Below are positions 62,509 through 64,000 of a stretch of 64,000 nucleotides of DNA, piece by piece (within the stretch, counting starts at the first letter, position 1; every line of letters begins with the position of its first letter). This DNA comes from Chrysomallon squamiferum (taxonomy: Eukaryota; Animalia; Mollusca): assembly GCA_012295275.1 (NCBI GenBank), contig CM022674.1:4216001-4280000 (forward strand). The letters run 5' to 3'. Both the position numbers and the translations under genes were made by a program. The notes beneath the pieces were generated by a model. That model made no database searches. It saw only the letters and a list, made by a program, of their open reading frames with translations, and had not been told where the DNA came from.

Positions 62509-62937
62509 TGATCTCTGTATGAATAAACACAAAATGTAGTCATGTTTGTAACGTACGTGCATTCTTAATAGGCTGTCCCTGTGTGTTGATCTCTGTATGA
62601 ATAAACACAAAATGTAGTCGTGTTTGTAACGCACGTGCATTCTTAATAGTCTGTGTCTTGATCTCTGTATGAATGAACACAAAATGTAGTCGTGTTTGTA
62701 ACGTACGTGCATTCTTAATAGTCTGTGTCTTGATCTCTGTATGAATGAACACAAAATGTAGTCGTGTTTGTAACGTACGTGCATTCTTAATAGTCTGTGA
62801 CTTGATCTCTGTATGAATGAACACAAAATGTAGTCGTGTTTGTAACGTACGTGCATTCTTAATATCCTGTCCCTGTGTCTTGATAGGTATATGAATAAAC
62901 ACAAAATGTAGTCGTGTTGATCTCTGTATGAATGAAA
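62509..62937. repeat. 72-bp minisatellite, ~5.5 copies
   Basis: atctctgtatgaat.aacacaaaatgtagtcgtgtttgtaacgtacgtgcattcttaat recurs at 62511, 62589, 62661, 62733 and 62805, plus partial copies. Confidence 0.95.
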
Positions 62938-63022
62938 CAGGATTCAGTTGTGTTTGTCTCATTCCCTATCTCTTTCTTCATCTATCTCTGTATATATCTC
63001 TCTCTCTGTCTCTATCTGTCTA

Positions 63023-63120
<98 letters not shown>

Positions 63121-63430
63121 GCCTTTCTGTCTTTTCATGACTGCCCAGTCGACCATTCTCTCTTAAATATTATTGATACATTCCTTATAATTAAAGTGTA
63201 TATCTGTTCTTCAGCTTATGAAATTTACTTTTATGGTCTTTACATGTGGGTGTATTTGTATAAAGTGTGTATGTATCTTCAGCAATTAAACTATATCAAT
63301 GTATCTTCAGCAATTAAACTATATCACTGGTGTATGACCTCAATAGCCTACGTCATTAATGTACAATTACGTCATCAACAAAGGAAATATACCAACCACA
63401 GTCAGTGCGAAAAAGTCAACAATAACGAAA

Positions 63431-63518
63431 ATACGTCAGTTAAATTTTAATTACGTCAGTTAAGTTGTGATCACGTCAGCTAAATTGTGATTACGTCACT
63501 TAAATTTTGATTACGTCA
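63431..63518. promoter_or_regulatory. 20-bp tandem array of five ACGTCA (CRE half-site / TGACGTAA) motifs
   Basis: (t/c)acgtca at an exact 20-bp period (units start 63431, 63451, 63471, 63491, 63511). Function is inferred only. Confidence 0.4.
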
Positions 63519-64000
63519 AAAGTGCGATAATGTAGATTCGTTAGTGATGCCGATAACGCATCAGCGACCAGGTTTAACACGTTGAGAACACACATGAACG
63601 TCTCTAAGTTCGTCACAATACAAGCAGAAACAATTATTCTTAAACAACGTCCAATCAAATTTAATTGTCCCTCCAGAAGAGAAGAGCATCCATGCTAAAA
63701 TTAGCTGCAGATGTTTCAAATTAGCGGGAAAGAGACGCTTCGTTCTCTTTCCACTAGAGATGAAAAGACAATTGTGTGCATGGAGAATTTGGCTTAATAC
63801 GTCAGTTTAACACCCAGGCCTGATAGGTCCTCAGGATGAAGATATTTTTATGAATCGACCGCAAAAAAAAAAAAAAAAAAAAAAAATGTATATATATATA
63901 TATGATCATTTGATTATTCTTGTCTTGATCGCTCATCTATGTTTATTGCTTAAAAGATTGAAAAAAAAGAAGAAAAAAATTGTCATAATTATTAGGAACA

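Noticed and set aside
62509-62937. Regular repeat array as CRISPR or a repeat protein
   Set aside because: Contiguous near-identical 72-bp units with no unique spacers, no cas genes and a eukaryotic intron context; the ORFs arise because 72 is a multiple of 3.

Overview
AT-rich, microsatellite-saturated animal genomic DNA. A mollusc/cephalopod-like invertebrate is my inference; the sequence alone cannot fix the species. One large minus-strand gene fills the window: a class C GPCR of the metabotropic glutamate receptor family. Its motifs (ISFFSTS, RTIPSD, LKDSGVA, IIFGSDQEV, EGQLQFVSDAV, AIGAMAF, RKIPEAFNESK, PERNVRQSM) match the mXR/mangetout (DmXR) orphan subtype better than canonical mGluRs. 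I traced eight coding exons with GT-AG boundaries and consistent phases: 58462-58308, 25409-25239, 22366-22225, 18826-18684, 17640-17356, 12316-12208, 11609-11470 and 5609-4421. Together they give about 777 aa; the N-terminal exon(s) lie beyond position 64000. The last exon has a 1-nt insertion in the cysteine-rich domain, which is either an assembly error or a real lesion. The most unusual signal is a set of long inverted repeats in the pre-mRNA. One is a near-perfect antisense copy of the 3' splice site and first codons of the ligand-pocket exon, located 2.9 kb upstream in the intron. Another ~300-bp inverted pair brackets a 990-nt in-frame block of six exons. There are also two further fold-backs. 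Minisatellites that copy splice sites, a Tc1/mariner-type MITE and bZIP (CRE) motif clusters are also present. Nearly all other ORFs in the track are simple-repeat artefacts.
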